Assembly (NCBI GenBank): GCA_016906335.1
Contig: JADEYG010000001.1
Coordinates: 1,054,001 to 1,118,000 of the forward strand
Source: Novakomyces olei
Lineage: Eukaryota
DNA length: 64,000 nucleotides
Direction: 5' to 3'
Position 1 is the stretch's first letter, and the number at the start of each line of letters is the position of its first letter. Below the pieces are notes generated by a model. The model was given only the letters and a program-made list of their open reading frames with translations. It ran no database searches and was not told the DNA's origin. Made by a program: the position numbers and the translations under genes. Positions 47,723 to 59,680 of the stretch are shown here, piece by piece.

Positions 47723-49928
47723 CTACAATTCGTCTCTGAAATGTTCATCTTCATGGCCCAAGACTTGCTCCTGTTGGACTCGACCTGCAGCGGCCTTCTT
47801 CGGCACAAATGATTGAGGTGCAACGTATCCCGGAACAGAAGACCAGCGCGGACTTCCGACCATAATGCCGAGGATTTCAAACACTAAATCGGCAGCCGCC
47901 AGGGCCGTTGTTTCTCCCGCATTATCGTAGGCAGGAGCAACCTCAACTACATCTGCTCCGACTATATTAAGGGGAGCCAATCCCTGCACAATTGCCTTGA
48001 GTTCGCGAGTCGTCCATCCACCGGATTCCGGAGTACCCGTTCCCGGAGCCAGACCGGGATCAATGACGTCAATATCGATAGAGAGATAAGCGGCACTATC
48101 GCCCACGGTAGCAAGAATTTGGGCAATTATTCCATCAACTCCGATCCTGTCAATATCGGCCGCCTCGATTATCGTAAAGCCGACTTGCTCATCGTGCAAA
48201 TAATCCCCAAAATCAAGTCCGCTGAGACGAGTACGAAGGCCACCATGAACAGAAGAGCCATTGGCTATACAGCCTTCTTGTGCTGCTAAATGGAACATTG
48301 TTCCATGCGTAAATTCCGCTTGTTTTGACATCCACTGCGTGGGGTACGAGGCCGGTGACCCTGGGAATTAGAATACATAAAATAAAAAGAAAAAGAAAAA
48401 TACTATTCAGAAAAATATTAATGTAAATAAAATTAAAATTAAACTTGAATAACAAATAGTGAATAATAAATAGTAGATTGAACAAGGTCAAATATTTCGT
48501 ATATTCACAGAAACAATCCCTGCAAAATTAAGGCAAAGACGTTTTTGCATCTAGTGAAAGAAACTTACAAGTATCAAGGTGAGAGTCAAAATGAATGACA
48601 GAAATGGGCCCGTGAGCGGCTTTGAGGCTACGCAGAATGGGAAGAGACTTGAAATTAGCGCTGCAAAATAATATAAAACTTCAACATACAATTGAATGAT
48701 CACCACCAAGGGTGATGAAACGCGGCAATTTAGGTGCATGCTTGCTTTTCGTGTGAGGGGAACTTTGCGACAACTGAGAATAGGCTTCTGTCATTTGAGC
48801 GAGTGCTACAGCATTGTCCATGGGAACAATGGGAACATCGCCGCAGTCGATCTGATGTAAGTATTTCGTAAAGAAAAATCAAACGAGGGGCAGAAATTAT
48901 TCAATCAAACAAAAGGCACAGAAAAATTGAAGAAATTGGACAAAAAGGAGAAAATTAGGAACAGAGATCAGAAAAATTATTCGACACAAGTCGACTGGAA
49001 AATAAGAAAATTGATGAAAGATAATAGATAAAAACGATTTATTGTGTAGCTTTTATTTTTTGAGATAAAATAAATCATTGTGAGTACAATTTTGGCCCAA
49101 TTGTGGTACGCATTGAGACCAGTACGAGCATTGAAGCCACGAAACGATGTCTGTCGCTGGCTGTTTGAACGAATGGCACGTGGGCCGAATCGAGCGCCTG
49201 AACAATAAAGTTAGTGCACGCGAATAGGTGGCAATGCTCGTCTAATGAAACAGTTGTAGCAATGAAAACGGGAAAAGCAGAGAATAAAGCCGAGAGAAGA
49301 CAGTGAGAAGGTAGTAATAGCGGCAAAACCTGCCGACCAAGCAGACGATCATTAGGGTTAGAGAAGATTGGTAATAGACCGTGTACATAAAGCTGAATTT
49401 TTCAACCGTATCACAAGACGCGTAGCACAAGATTTGAAACGAGAATTTTAATGACAAATCCATTCTCCCAAAGAGCGAGCAAAGCGAAAATTAGGAACGA
49501 AGGAAAAACCAAAAGTACCCCTTCCTGCAGGATACAGACGAAATAGCGGAGAAAGGCCAATAAAGTGCAAAGATATTTTCAAAGTGCAGAGGCGCAACAA
49601 AGTTCCTTATCCGGGATCAACATACAATGGAGAGAAAGAAAATTAAACGAGATAATCATTCTGTTGGAGAAGATTGCAAGACAAGCCAATCGAGAAAAAA
49701 GCCTTAAATCAAGAGCTTCCTACCTGGACGGTATGTGACTGCAGTGTCAAAAGGTGCTCCGACGATGGCAATGTCGAAGGACTCCTCGGGATGAATAAGA
49801 CATTTGACATGCGGCAGATGTGCAAAAGTATTTATTCCAGAAAACCCGAAATCGAAATCCCATCGAGCAGTGTCAACGCACAAGCTCAAGGGCCATAACA
49901 GAGCAAAAATGAAATAGTACAAGTACAT
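47723..49928 (-). CDS. Ureohydrolase (agmatinase/guanidinobutyrase-like) with signal peptide, multi-exon
   Basis: [59 protein letters not shown]. Confidence 0.9.
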
Positions 49929-51723
49929 TAGCCTTATACCAATTGACTTGATTTCAAACTGGAGTTGTCCACTGTTTTATTTGATAAGAAAATTGCAGGG
50001 CAGTAGGACAGTAAATCCTAAAAAATAATTTTAATTCAGTCTGATAGATTGATGATAGCTGCTGATAAGAAAGGATCATTCGCACATAAGTAAGACACGG
50101 ACCTTGTACTGCGTAATCTTACAGGCGAATCAAAAGGCATAGTGCTTTTTCAGACATATTTTCTTATATTGCACATACACAATTAATTAAACAATATGCC
50201 GCTCTTAAGCTGATACGGCACAAAGAGGGAACAGAGCCTATGCAATACTCTGTGTCGTTTGACATACGAGAACAAAGTCTCATGAATATGCATGTTTTTG
50301 ATTTTTTGCTCGTGCAACTAGGAAGCTTCGTGTAATTTTTGTTTGATAGTACGACGTTGCGGAGCCGTAACTAAATCTAATATAAGGTATAAGGTACATG
50401 TCGGTCAAACATACATTAGTGTATTATATATTGTTTGAGTCAGAACCAGCATCGATCTGTCTCTGCATAATCCTATTGGTGCAACAATAGCCAGTGAAAT
50501 GCTCCTTATTGGTGTAACTTATCCATTCAGGGCTATCATATGAACCTATACGGAGTACATAATTGGAAAACTATGACTTGGAGGTATTGTAAAGCAAACC
50601 GCCGAGCCATAAAGTATTTACGTGATCATGAAGCAAATCGATTTCGATATGTCTACTCTCCGATACGTCCGATTACACTCCGGTACGGATACCAACCAAT
50701 GCCATGCGTCACATCTTTACGTCACACACGCTAATTTAGCGTACATACCAGCCGTCCGTACGCGTTTCGTCAACTCACATCATACCAGCCCTGTGCACCT
50801 TCCTAATACGGAATAGTTAAGTCTCACTGTCCATATTGGGACAGTACGCGGTGGCTGGACGCGACGCGTTGTCAGGATTCGCGTCTTAAGGTCTGGCGGG
50901 GCCGCGAATTGGCGCCAATAGCATAGGTAGCAGTGCCGAGACAAAAACCAGAGCTTAAAATCTTCGATACAAATAAGACGACTGCTGGCACTTTTGAGAA
51001 GCAGCATATTGCGTTTTATCATCAAGAAGGTCTAAACATTTCATGTAGAAGTCGACGTCTGTAAAATAAACAATAACAATCGGTTCAATACAGCATTGAC
51101 CAAAATTTGATAAACACCCAAAACAAATCATTGTTTACGCCAATTCAACTCCTTACTGAGCGGAGTTGACTTATTGCCCTAATATTCCAAATCACAATAT
51201 ACTTATTTAGTCTAGTCATATTTCATTGTCTGGCGATTACCGTTTAGGAAGTCTGACCTACTGCCGAATTGGGATCTGTCAAAATTGGCGCTAAAAGGTT
51301 GGTTGTGGTTGCGCGACGTATTGTTTGTGCTTCCCGCCAAGTCTTTCTTTGATCCAACTCTATACTTTCTTTCCTGGCGTTCATTTCCTTCTTTTTCGTC
51401 GCTCCTTAACGCCCAGTCTCGTTCTTTTGAACTTCACGGTCTTTGCCCTCTTCAACAAACTCAGCTACACTCCTTAAAACAACCTCTTTGCGGTTGAGCT
51501 ACACGCGACGCGAACGTTTGGTTTTTTTCTGATTTTTTCCTGGTTCTTTGATCGATTTTTTCTGTTCGCCTCTCCGGAACTTCTTCGGCACCCGCACAGA
51601 TTCGTTTTCGTATTAAATCTCGTCTTTAAAGTCCATAGTGCAGTTCTACAAACCTGTCCGCCTTTCGCGGAAAACCAAGAAACACTGCCGACAATCGAAG
51701 AAAAATAAGTCTTCAAGTCGGCA

Positions 51724-54700
51724 ATGCTTGCGTACAGCAGACTGCTGCTCGCGCTAGTTGCGCTCTTTGCAATTACTGCACAAGCGCGTCTAGATGCGCG
51801 ATCGCGCTGGAACCAGAAAAAAGCCCTGGATTTAGCCCTCAATTCTACCGTTGCTTTGAATTATACAAACAGTACAGTCTCTGTGAGGACCAACGTCCCC
51901 GGCAATGTGGTCACACGGACAAGCACTTTGATCACTATGGTCTCTTCCTCATGCGCACCGTACGAAACTGATGACGGCAGCAATTATCATAATGCTGGTG
52001 GCCAATCGGGGTCAAGTTCCAGTCAAATTTCGTCCAGCTCAGGACAATCAGGCTCTTCAGGCTCTCCTGGAGAATCAGGCTCTCCCGGACAGTCAGGCTC
52101 TTCAGGATCGTCAGGATCGTCAGGCTCTCCAGGCTCTCCAGGCTCCTCAGGCTCCTCAGGATCGTCAGGCTCCTCAGGCTCCTCAGGCTCCTCAGGCTCC
52201 TCAGGCTCCTCAGGCTCCTCAGGCTCCTCAGGCTCCTCAGGCTCCTCAGGCTCCTCAGGCTCCTCAGGCTCCTCAGGCTCCTCAGGCTCCTCAGGCTCCT
52301 CAGGCTCCTCAGGCTCCTCAGGCTCCTCAGGCTCCTCAGGCTCCTCAGGCTCCTCAGGCTCCTCAGGCTCCTCAGGCTCCTCAGGCTCTTCAGAACAATC
52401 AGGTTCTCCAGGCTCCTCAGACTCCTTGGGCTCTTCAGGACAATCAGGTTCTTCAGGACAATCAGGTTCTTCAGGATCGTCAGGCTCTCCAGGCTCCTCA
52501 GACTCCTCAGGCTCTTCAGGACAATCAGGTTCTTCAGGACAATCAGGCTCTCCAGGACCGTCAGGCTCTTCAAACTCTCCAGGACAATCAGGCTCTTCAA
52601 ACTCTCCAGGACAATCAGGCTCGTCAGGCCAACAAGGTTCCTCAGGATCCAATTCAGGCTCTTATTATAATTCTGACCAATCCAATTCAGCAGGCCAATC
52701 TCAACCTGATCGACCAGCAGGTTATCAAGACAATGGATCACAGAACGAGGCAGTCGTGGTGAGGACTGTTTACAATACAGTATACATTACCGTAACAGCC
52801 GCCGGAGGTCAGCCAGTTGTTTCCACACAGACAGTGACCCAATTGCAAACGGAAACAATCACGGCAACTCGAACAAATGTGCCCAGCTTTGATGGAGCAG
52901 CAAGCAGTTTTGCTGGAGCACCAAGCAGCAGCCGGTCTCAACGTGTTTCTTCAGCATTATGGCAAAACGGTACCACAACAACAGCAGCGTCTACAAGTCA
53001 GGCTGTTCCAGGCACAACCAGTACAGGCTTGCCTGAGCCAATAATGGGCACTCTGCCCTCCACTTTTGTCCTTGCTGTAGTAGGGGGCAATGATAATGTC
53101 ACTGTTTCACAGTCAGGCAGTCTTATCACCGGCAATGGTGACTCTGGAACTCTATTTACTCTAGAAAGCTTTGAGCTTTCGACTGCTGCTGGTCAAGCGG
53201 TAGACGCGTACGATACGTCTTTGCCCACCTCGCTCTTTGTCTCGATTAGTACGGTGCCGTATAAGCACAGAAAACGGGCAAGTTTGCTGGGCCTTAACTT
53301 TTATGCCAGCGCCAGGGGAGATGACCTTATTTTTGCCAGAACAATTACCGGCGAGACTCTGGTTTTCGGCGAGTGTGGACAGGACAATAGAATCTCCGTT
53401 GGCCGCAGTGAGGACGAGCTTGATGCCAATGGCTGCTCTCTAATCAGTCTGGTCTACAGGCTGGCTTCAGCAGAGCCCTCCACATCTGCTGCCTTGCCGT
53501 CCATGACTGCCAGTGCGAGTCAGGGCGGAGCCACGAGCACTACTGCACCAGACAATTACCCAACCCCGTCGACAAGTCTACCAGCGAGTACTGCAAATGA
53601 TACACAGAGCACAAGCAGTCTGGAGAGATTGCCTTCTCCGAGCCCAACTTTAGGCACAGACAGCCCGAGCAATTCGGCCACATCAGTGCCCGGAGACGGA
53701 TGGACAAGCACACAATTGCCAGAGAATACTACTGTGCCCGTAGTGGACGTGAGCTCGACAAGCTTCGCTTCTCAGTCTACCACGGACCCAACCAGCTTTC
53801 TTACTCCCACGACGGGGCCAACCAGCACAAACACTACCCTGGCCGCCTCCTCGACCTCGTCGACCTCGTCGATTTTGGCCACAACAAATACCACCTCGAC
53901 GACTGCAACCCCCACCTCGACTATGACCCCCACCTCGACCTTGACCCCCACTTCAACCTCGGCCCCCACTTCAACCTTGACCCCCACTTCAACCTCGACG
54001 ACTATGACCCCCACCTCGACGAGCACAACCTCCACTTCAACCTCAACCCCCACTTCAACCTCGACAACAGCTCCCACTTCAACCTCGACAACAGCTCCCA
54101 CTTCAACCTCGACAACAACTCCCTCTTCAACCTCAACTACGACCCCCACTTCAACTTCTACGACCCCCACTTCAACCTCAACTACGACCCCCACTTCAAC
54201 CTCAACTACGACCCCCACCTCGACGACTACGACACCCTCTTCAGCCTCAACTACGACCCCCACTTCAGCTTCAACTTCTACGACCCCCACCTCGACGTCC
54301 ATGACCCCCACCTCGACGACTACGACACCCTCTTCAACCTCGACTACGACCCCCGCCCCCACTTCGTTCTCCACTTCCACATATACGCCCTCTTCGACGT
54401 CTCAAAGCACGACGGCGGTTTACTCGCCAGCGGTATACGCACACTTTATGATGGGCAACACGTACCAGTACGCGAACCCACAATCCGAATGTGTAGCAAC
54501 CTTTGCCGAGGATGTGAATAACGCAAAAGCAGTAGGGTTGAACGGGTTTACCCTCAATGTCGGCTCTGAATCCTGGCAGCACGATAATCTGCAGTGTATG
54601 TACGCTGCCGCAGAAGCAGCTGGTAACTTTCACGTTTACGTAAACCTGGACATGGCTGTTCTTCCGGGTGCCAGCGCAGCTGATATTGATGTGCTGGTGG

Positions 54701-55689
54701 GTATTGTTGAACGTGGGATTTCCTCACCGGCTCAGGCAACATCCAACGGTAAACCGATTGTGGGCACCTTTGTGGGCAACGATAAAACTTTTGGATATTC
54801 CACGCCTAACGAGGGATGGCAAGCGTTTAAGAACAAGCTGGCTTCTCATGGGCACGACATATTTTTTATGCCCTTCTTCCCCGTTGACGCAAGTCAGGCG
54901 TATGACATGTTCCCTGTAGCCGATGGCTTGTGCAAATGGAACTCTTGGCCTTACCAGAGTCCCGACCCTGTCAGTGATGCTGAAGACGAGATCTATATTG
55001 CGCAGGCAAAGGCTCACGGCAAGGCTTATATGGCCACTGTTTCGCCCTGGTTCTTCACCCACTTCTCGTACAAAAATTACCTTTACCGCTCGGAGGATAC
55101 CTGGAGCCGACGATGGAACCAAATAATCGATTTGGCACCAGATTTCCTGCAAGTCGTTAGTTGGAATGATTTCGGAGAGTCGCACTACATTGGCCCGGTT
55201 AACCCTAAAGCCAGTTTCCCCTCTGATGGCTCAACCTCGTCCCACGATTGGGTTGCTAACATGCCACACGATGCGTGGGCTGATCAGCTGCCAAAGTATA
55301 TCTCTGCTTATCTATCCCACTCGCGGGCTCCGCTCGCGACGGAGAACCGTGTCGTTCTCTCCCACCGGCCAACATTGAAGAATGCGTCTGCTTCTGGGGA
55401 TCCATTGCCCCGGCCACAATTTGCAGATTATGCTCTGGACACGTTTGTCATTCATTCCTTCCTGACACGATCTGCCCAGGCGACATTAAGGCTTAATGGG
55501 TTTGAAAGATCTGTGTCACTTAACCCCGGTGAGAGTCTACAGCTAATAGACATGCCGACAGAAAATGACGGGCCAGTCACGGTTGAAGTACCGGGTACTT
55601 CGTGCGTGATTAGTGGGACCACGTTTAGCGGCGGTCAAGGTCTGGGACGATACAATTACAATGCCTATGTTGCATCTTGTACGTTCTAG
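51724..55689 (+). CDS. Secreted mucin-like protein with C-terminal GH71 alpha-1,3-glucanase domain
   Basis: Signal peptide; SSG repeats; T/S/P stalk; VYAHFMMGNT, YMATVSPWFFTH, SWNDFGESHYIG. Confidence 0.9.
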   Translation: MLAYSRLLLALVALFAITAQARLDARSRWNQKKALDLALNSTVALNYTNSTVSVRTNVPGNVVTRTSTLITMVSSSCAPYETDDGSNYHNAGGQSGSSSSQISSSSGQSGSSGSPGESGSPGQSGSSGSSGSSGSPGSPGSSGSSGSSGSSGSSGSSGSSGSSGSSGSSGSSGSSGSSGSSGSSGSSGSSGSSGSSGSSGSSGSSGSSGSSGSSGSSGSSGSSEQSGSPGSSDSLGSSGQSGSSGQSGSSGSSGSPGSSDSSGSSGQSGSSGQSGSPGPSGSSNSPGQSGSSNSPGQSGSSGQQGSSGSNSGSYYNSDQSNSAGQSQPDRPAGYQDNGSQNEAVVVRTVYNTVYITVTAAGGQPVVSTQTVTQLQTETITATRTNVPSFDGAASSFAGAPSSSRSQRVSSALWQNGTTTTAASTSQAVPGTTSTGLPEPIMGTLPSTFVLAVVGGNDNVTVSQSGSLITGNGDSGTLFTLESFELSTAAGQAVDAYDTSLPTSLFVSISTVPYKHRKRASLLGLNFYASARGDDLIFARTITGETLVFGECGQDNRISVGRSEDELDANGCSLISLVYRLASAEPSTSAALPSMTASASQGGATSTTAPDNYPTPSTSLPASTANDTQSTSSLERLPSPSPTLGTDSPSNSATSVPGDGWTSTQLPENTTVPVVDVSSTSFASQSTTDPTSFLTPTTGPTSTNTTLAASSTSSTSSILATTNTTSTTATPTSTMTPTSTLTPTSTSAPTSTLTPTSTSTTMTPTSTSTTSTSTSTPTSTSTTAPTSTSTTAPTSTSTTTPSSTSTTTPTSTSTTPTSTSTTTPTSTSTTTPTSTTTTPSSASTTTPTSASTSTTPTSTSMTPTSTTTTPSSTSTTTPAPTSFSTSTYTPSSTSQSTTAVYSPAVYAHFMMGNTYQYANPQSECVATFAEDVNNAKAVGLNGFTLNVGSESWQHDNLQCMYAAAEAAGNFHVYVNLDMAVLPGASAADIDVLVGIVERGISSPAQATSNGKPIVGTFVGNDKTFGYSTPNEGWQAFKNKLASHGHDIFFMPFFPVDASQAYDMFPVADGLCKWNSWPYQSPDPVSDAEDEIYIAQAKAHGKAYMATVSPWFFTHFSYKNYLYRSEDTWSRRWNQIIDLAPDFLQVVSWNDFGESHYIGPVNPKASFPSDGSTSSHDWVANMPHDAWADQLPKYISAYLSHSRAPLATENRVVLSHRPTLKNASASGDPLPRPQFADYALDTFVIHSFLTRSAQATLRLNGFERSVSLNPGESLQLIDMPTENDGPVTVEVPGTSCVISGTTFSGGQGLGRYNYNAYVASCTF
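52040..52650 (+). repeat. Coding 9-bp repeat (TCAGGCTCC)n = (SGS)n
   Basis: Perfect core ~52164-52388 with degenerate flanks. Confidence 0.95.
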
Positions 55690-56244
55690 GCCGCGCTGAA
55701 TACACGTTGACGGAGTACAAATTGTTTGCTCACCAGATAAATGATTTGCTTATGTGCTTTTTGACTTTTGATTATTAGAATGCGACGTTCAAAACCTTAA
55801 ATCTATTTATTTATTCAGGACAATTGTCGATTGCCATTTCACGAGAATACTGTAAAATATATTATGTAAGCATTTGCGGTGGGAGGGTAGTTGCCAACAG
55901 TATTACTTGTATGCAAGTCGAACGAAGAAAAGGTCTGTTTATGTAATTTATATGTAATACTTGTGCCATATAATATTTCTCTGACAAATTTCATGCATAC
56001 GTGAGATTGTGCATGTTACCCCATAATAAATACCTAAAATTCAATTAGGGTTATACAAATTAATGTTGGAGTATTGTATCATTACAAATTAAGCGCCCTC
56101 GATTACTTGAAAATAGATGCATGTATAGCAGTGATCGGGTACGCTTTTTATTGTAGAATTCCATATAGAAATCATATAATACGCTATTTGCCTTGAATCG
56201 TACAGCATTCGCAAATTTTTGCCCAGTTCATTTAGAGCAACACA

Positions 56245-57175
56245 ATGGGCCGCACGATTTTGTACGTGACCGGGTTCGGCCCAGAATTACGAGCACGAGA
56301 CCTCGCTTACGAATTTGAACGGTACGTATTGCTTTTAAATCGGGGCTATTCTGATTGATCTTTAGCTATGGCCGCCTTGTTAGATGCGACATTCCTGGCG
56401 CTAAAAGCCCTCGCTCTCGCCCGTAAGTTGTGGTTTCACTGCCATTAAACGTTAATTTTCTAATGATTTAGATTCGCGTTTGTTGAGTACGAAGACGCCC
56501 GTGATGCCGATGACGCTTACCAAGAAATGCACGGTATCCGTATCGAGGGCGATCGTATCAGTGTGGAGGTATATTATTTCTCTTCCATATATGTTTTGAA
56601 TGTTTTAAAAAGATGATGTTTTGCCTTTACTGTTGATATTGCTAATTTAATTAATCTGTACTTAATCTGGCTTTAATTAATTAATTAATTAATTAATTCT
56701 TTTTAATTTTTTTATAGTGTCAAGTTTATTTTACTCTGATGTTGAGCATCAGTATTGATGGTCTTTTCTCCTCAATCCATTTTCCAGCTTTTATCTGGAT
56801 TTTATGTGAACATTATCTAAAAAACAGTGGGCGAAACACGCACCTTCGCGATCATGGCGCTATGAGGAAGGCGGTGGGGGCCGTCGGAGAGGACGCGGTG
56901 GGGGCCGAGACCGTAGCCCTCCGCCTCGCGACCGCGGCCGCAGCGCTTCGCGTAGCCCTGTACGAGACTCGCCACCACCACGTGACCGCTCACGTTCGAG
57001 ATCGCGTTCGCGTTCGCGTTCGCGATCGCGCTCACGCGGCCGTAGCGAATCACCGGTTCGTGACCGTTCCGCTTCTCCGCGACGTGATTGGCGCGAGTCA
57101 CCGGCACGTGAAGAGCCGGCGTCAGGTGGATGGAACTCTCCGCCGCGTAATGCTCCGCGTGAAAATGCCGACTAA
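56245..57175 (+). CDS. srp1: SR splicing factor (RRM + RS domain), Srp1-like, 4 exons
   Basis: LYVTGF...RARDLAYEFE, RCDIP, FAFVEYEDARDADDAY, RS-rich tail. Confidence 0.88.
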
Positions 57176-57825
57176 TCGATCTGTCGGTCTACAGTGGCTA
57201 GACTGCTAATTCCTTCCAGATCCTTACGTCAATGACCTCAACGATGTTGTAGGCGTTTATTTATCAAACTAAAAAGTATGTATTGACCTGAGTAAAGAGT
57301 CAGGATGTATTAAAAGGCAGAAATTAAAAGGAAAAGAGGACCGTTTCCAGTAGACGCTGAGATTTACTCGCTCTACTCTCTTTTGAGTTTAATCTTTACT
57401 TTTAAACTATTTGTTTATTTAATATTTTTTTATCGATTTTTTGTTTAAATAATGGCATGGCCTTCCCCTGTTTTTAGCTTAGTCTACGCTCACAAAAGAC
57501 GGTGGATCGATCGGCTTTCCCAATACAAATCTATTTGATTTGGCCTTTAAATACAAATCTGTACTCAGCTCTATACCCTGTCCGTACACGTCTCGTACAC
57601 GTCTAGACGATTTATGAATACCTCGTATCGTACACGTCGCGGCCGATATCGTCGCGGCCTATTGTTAACGTGATCGTCACTATTTTGGTCCGGTTCTTTT
57701 CAGTATCGAGTCAGCTGGTCCTGTGCGTAATTTCCGCTATAGTATTGTACGCTAGCATACCCGTAGAACAGAATAGCTTTACTTTTAAATAGATCAATGA
57801 GCTACGTTTGTAGAGGCTTCATTAT

Positions 57826-59321
57826 TTACAAAGGTCTAGCTGCAGACCCGGGATCGTAGCGCACTCTATTCAGCTCGCCAGTATCGAAATCTTTGCTATT
57901 ATTTCGCTGCTGAGCGGCAAATGCACGCTTAGCCCGCTCCAGTTCGGTATCAAGAGCGGCCAATTCAGTTGTAGAGACGCCTCCTGGAGTTTTGGCGCAA
58001 TAGGGGAACGCAATCGCCTCTAAACTGCCCTCGTTCTGTATTTGCGCGTTCAGCTTTCCCGTAGAGATCTGTCGTTAACCGTGAGAACCAAAAATACGGA
58101 TTAAACAAAGACAACAAATATAAAACAAAAAGACTTATAATGAACACAGAAATAAGCTGAGCAAATAAAAAAATCAAGATAAATTGACATATATGTACTC
58201 ATTGATATGACACTACTCTTACCAATTCATGCAGCTTTTGCCGAAATATTCTGAGTGCCGCATTAGAAGGCTCCAGTTTCATCGTTCGTAGTAAATCCGA
58301 CAAAGGTAATCGCTCGTATATTAAGCTAGCGTCACGGGCAACATGAAGTACAATTTGATCTACAACCATGTACCATAACGATGCTAATTCCCGAGCAGAC
58401 GGTTCGCTTTTAGCTTGTTCCCAAGCCGTCACCATTGCCGACGCGTCTCTTTGTTCGTAGGCAACGCATAAAGCATCAATACTTGGGGAAAGCGTAAAAG
58501 TCCTCACTCGAAGTTGAGATCCAAAATTGGGTAACTGTTGCCGATGGCCATAGCTGTACAGGCATAAAAGACAATAAATGCTGTAAGCGGCTGTTTGAAT
58601 TGCGGATACAAAATTTCCCGGGGCCGTCAGCACGAGGGAGCAGCACATTAAAGCAGCTTCAAACTCTTGGCGCTGCACATGAGCAGCCGCGGCAATATAA
58701 TAAAGCAGCAAGTAATGCCGAGAATTTGCCCCAGCACGTACGTCATAATCTGTAAACTTTCGATCAGAGACTTGGATCACTGCGTCCAACTGAGCAGAAT
58801 TGAAAGCGATTTGTGCAATGCACGAAACAAGCGGACTAAACGTTGTTTGACGAGGGTAAATCAATTTTTCTGTTCGCTGTAACGAACGCAAAAGCCGAGC
58901 GTCAGACTCCTGAAGAAATTAGCACTGTTTAGCATTGATTACGACTGCCAATGGCATTAGAGAGTCAAAGAGTGCATACTTTTTGCCGATGTGATATACA
59001 GTATTCTGCCAGTTTGTAGACTTTTGTTAGCGATAGAAGACAGTACAGAACTTACGCAAAGGCACTAGTTCACTGGACTTTTCAGAAAACCTGCCTCGCT
59101 CAAAGAGGGATATAATGTGGGGCAAAAGGTCATCGGGGACTGTCGAGATCGCTTGAGTTCTGGTTCAATTAGACGGGACGGGCGCTTAAATAGACTTGCA
59201 GGAAATAAACAGTGGCCGCTGTATCCTTGGCCGAGTCGAGCGAGGTTAAGGCTCCATGTTGCAAAAGCTGGGTGACACGTTCCGGCGGAAACTGCTGCCT
59301 TAACGCTTCCAAGCTGTCCAT
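57826..59321 (-). CDS. CSN3: COP9 signalosome subunit 3-like PCI protein, multi-exon
   Basis: HYLLLYY...FEAAL...VLTAP...VSAIQTAAY, IYERLPLSDL. Confidence 0.65.
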
Positions 59322-59414
59322 ATCGACGTGCAGGGCAACGCTGGACCGATTATGACATACTACCATACTAAAAAGAGGAAAATATATTAAATGATTACTT
59401 CATAAATTACTATT

Positions 59415-59579
59415 TATTAATTGTATTAATTGTATTAATTGTATTAATTGTATTAATTGTATTAATTGTATTAATTGTATTAATTGTATTAATTGTATTA
59501 ATTGTATTAATTGTATTAATTGTATTAATTGTATTAATTGTATTAATTGTATTAATTGTATTAATTGTATTAATTGTAT
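59415..59579. repeat. (TATTAATTG)n 9-bp minisatellite in a divergent promoter
   Basis: ~18 perfect units. Confidence 0.95.
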
Positions 59580-59680
59580 CAAGTATTAATTAGGGTTAAG
59601 AGGGTTGGCTCTATTGCATGACTTTATTTTATGCCAGTTATTAATCAAAAAGTGACATTCATCTGGAAATAGTGCCCACC

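Noticed and set aside
51935-54521. Alternative-frame and antisense repeat ORFs (APQ, EEP, VEV)
   Set aside because: Shadows of the coding repeats in the GH71 gene
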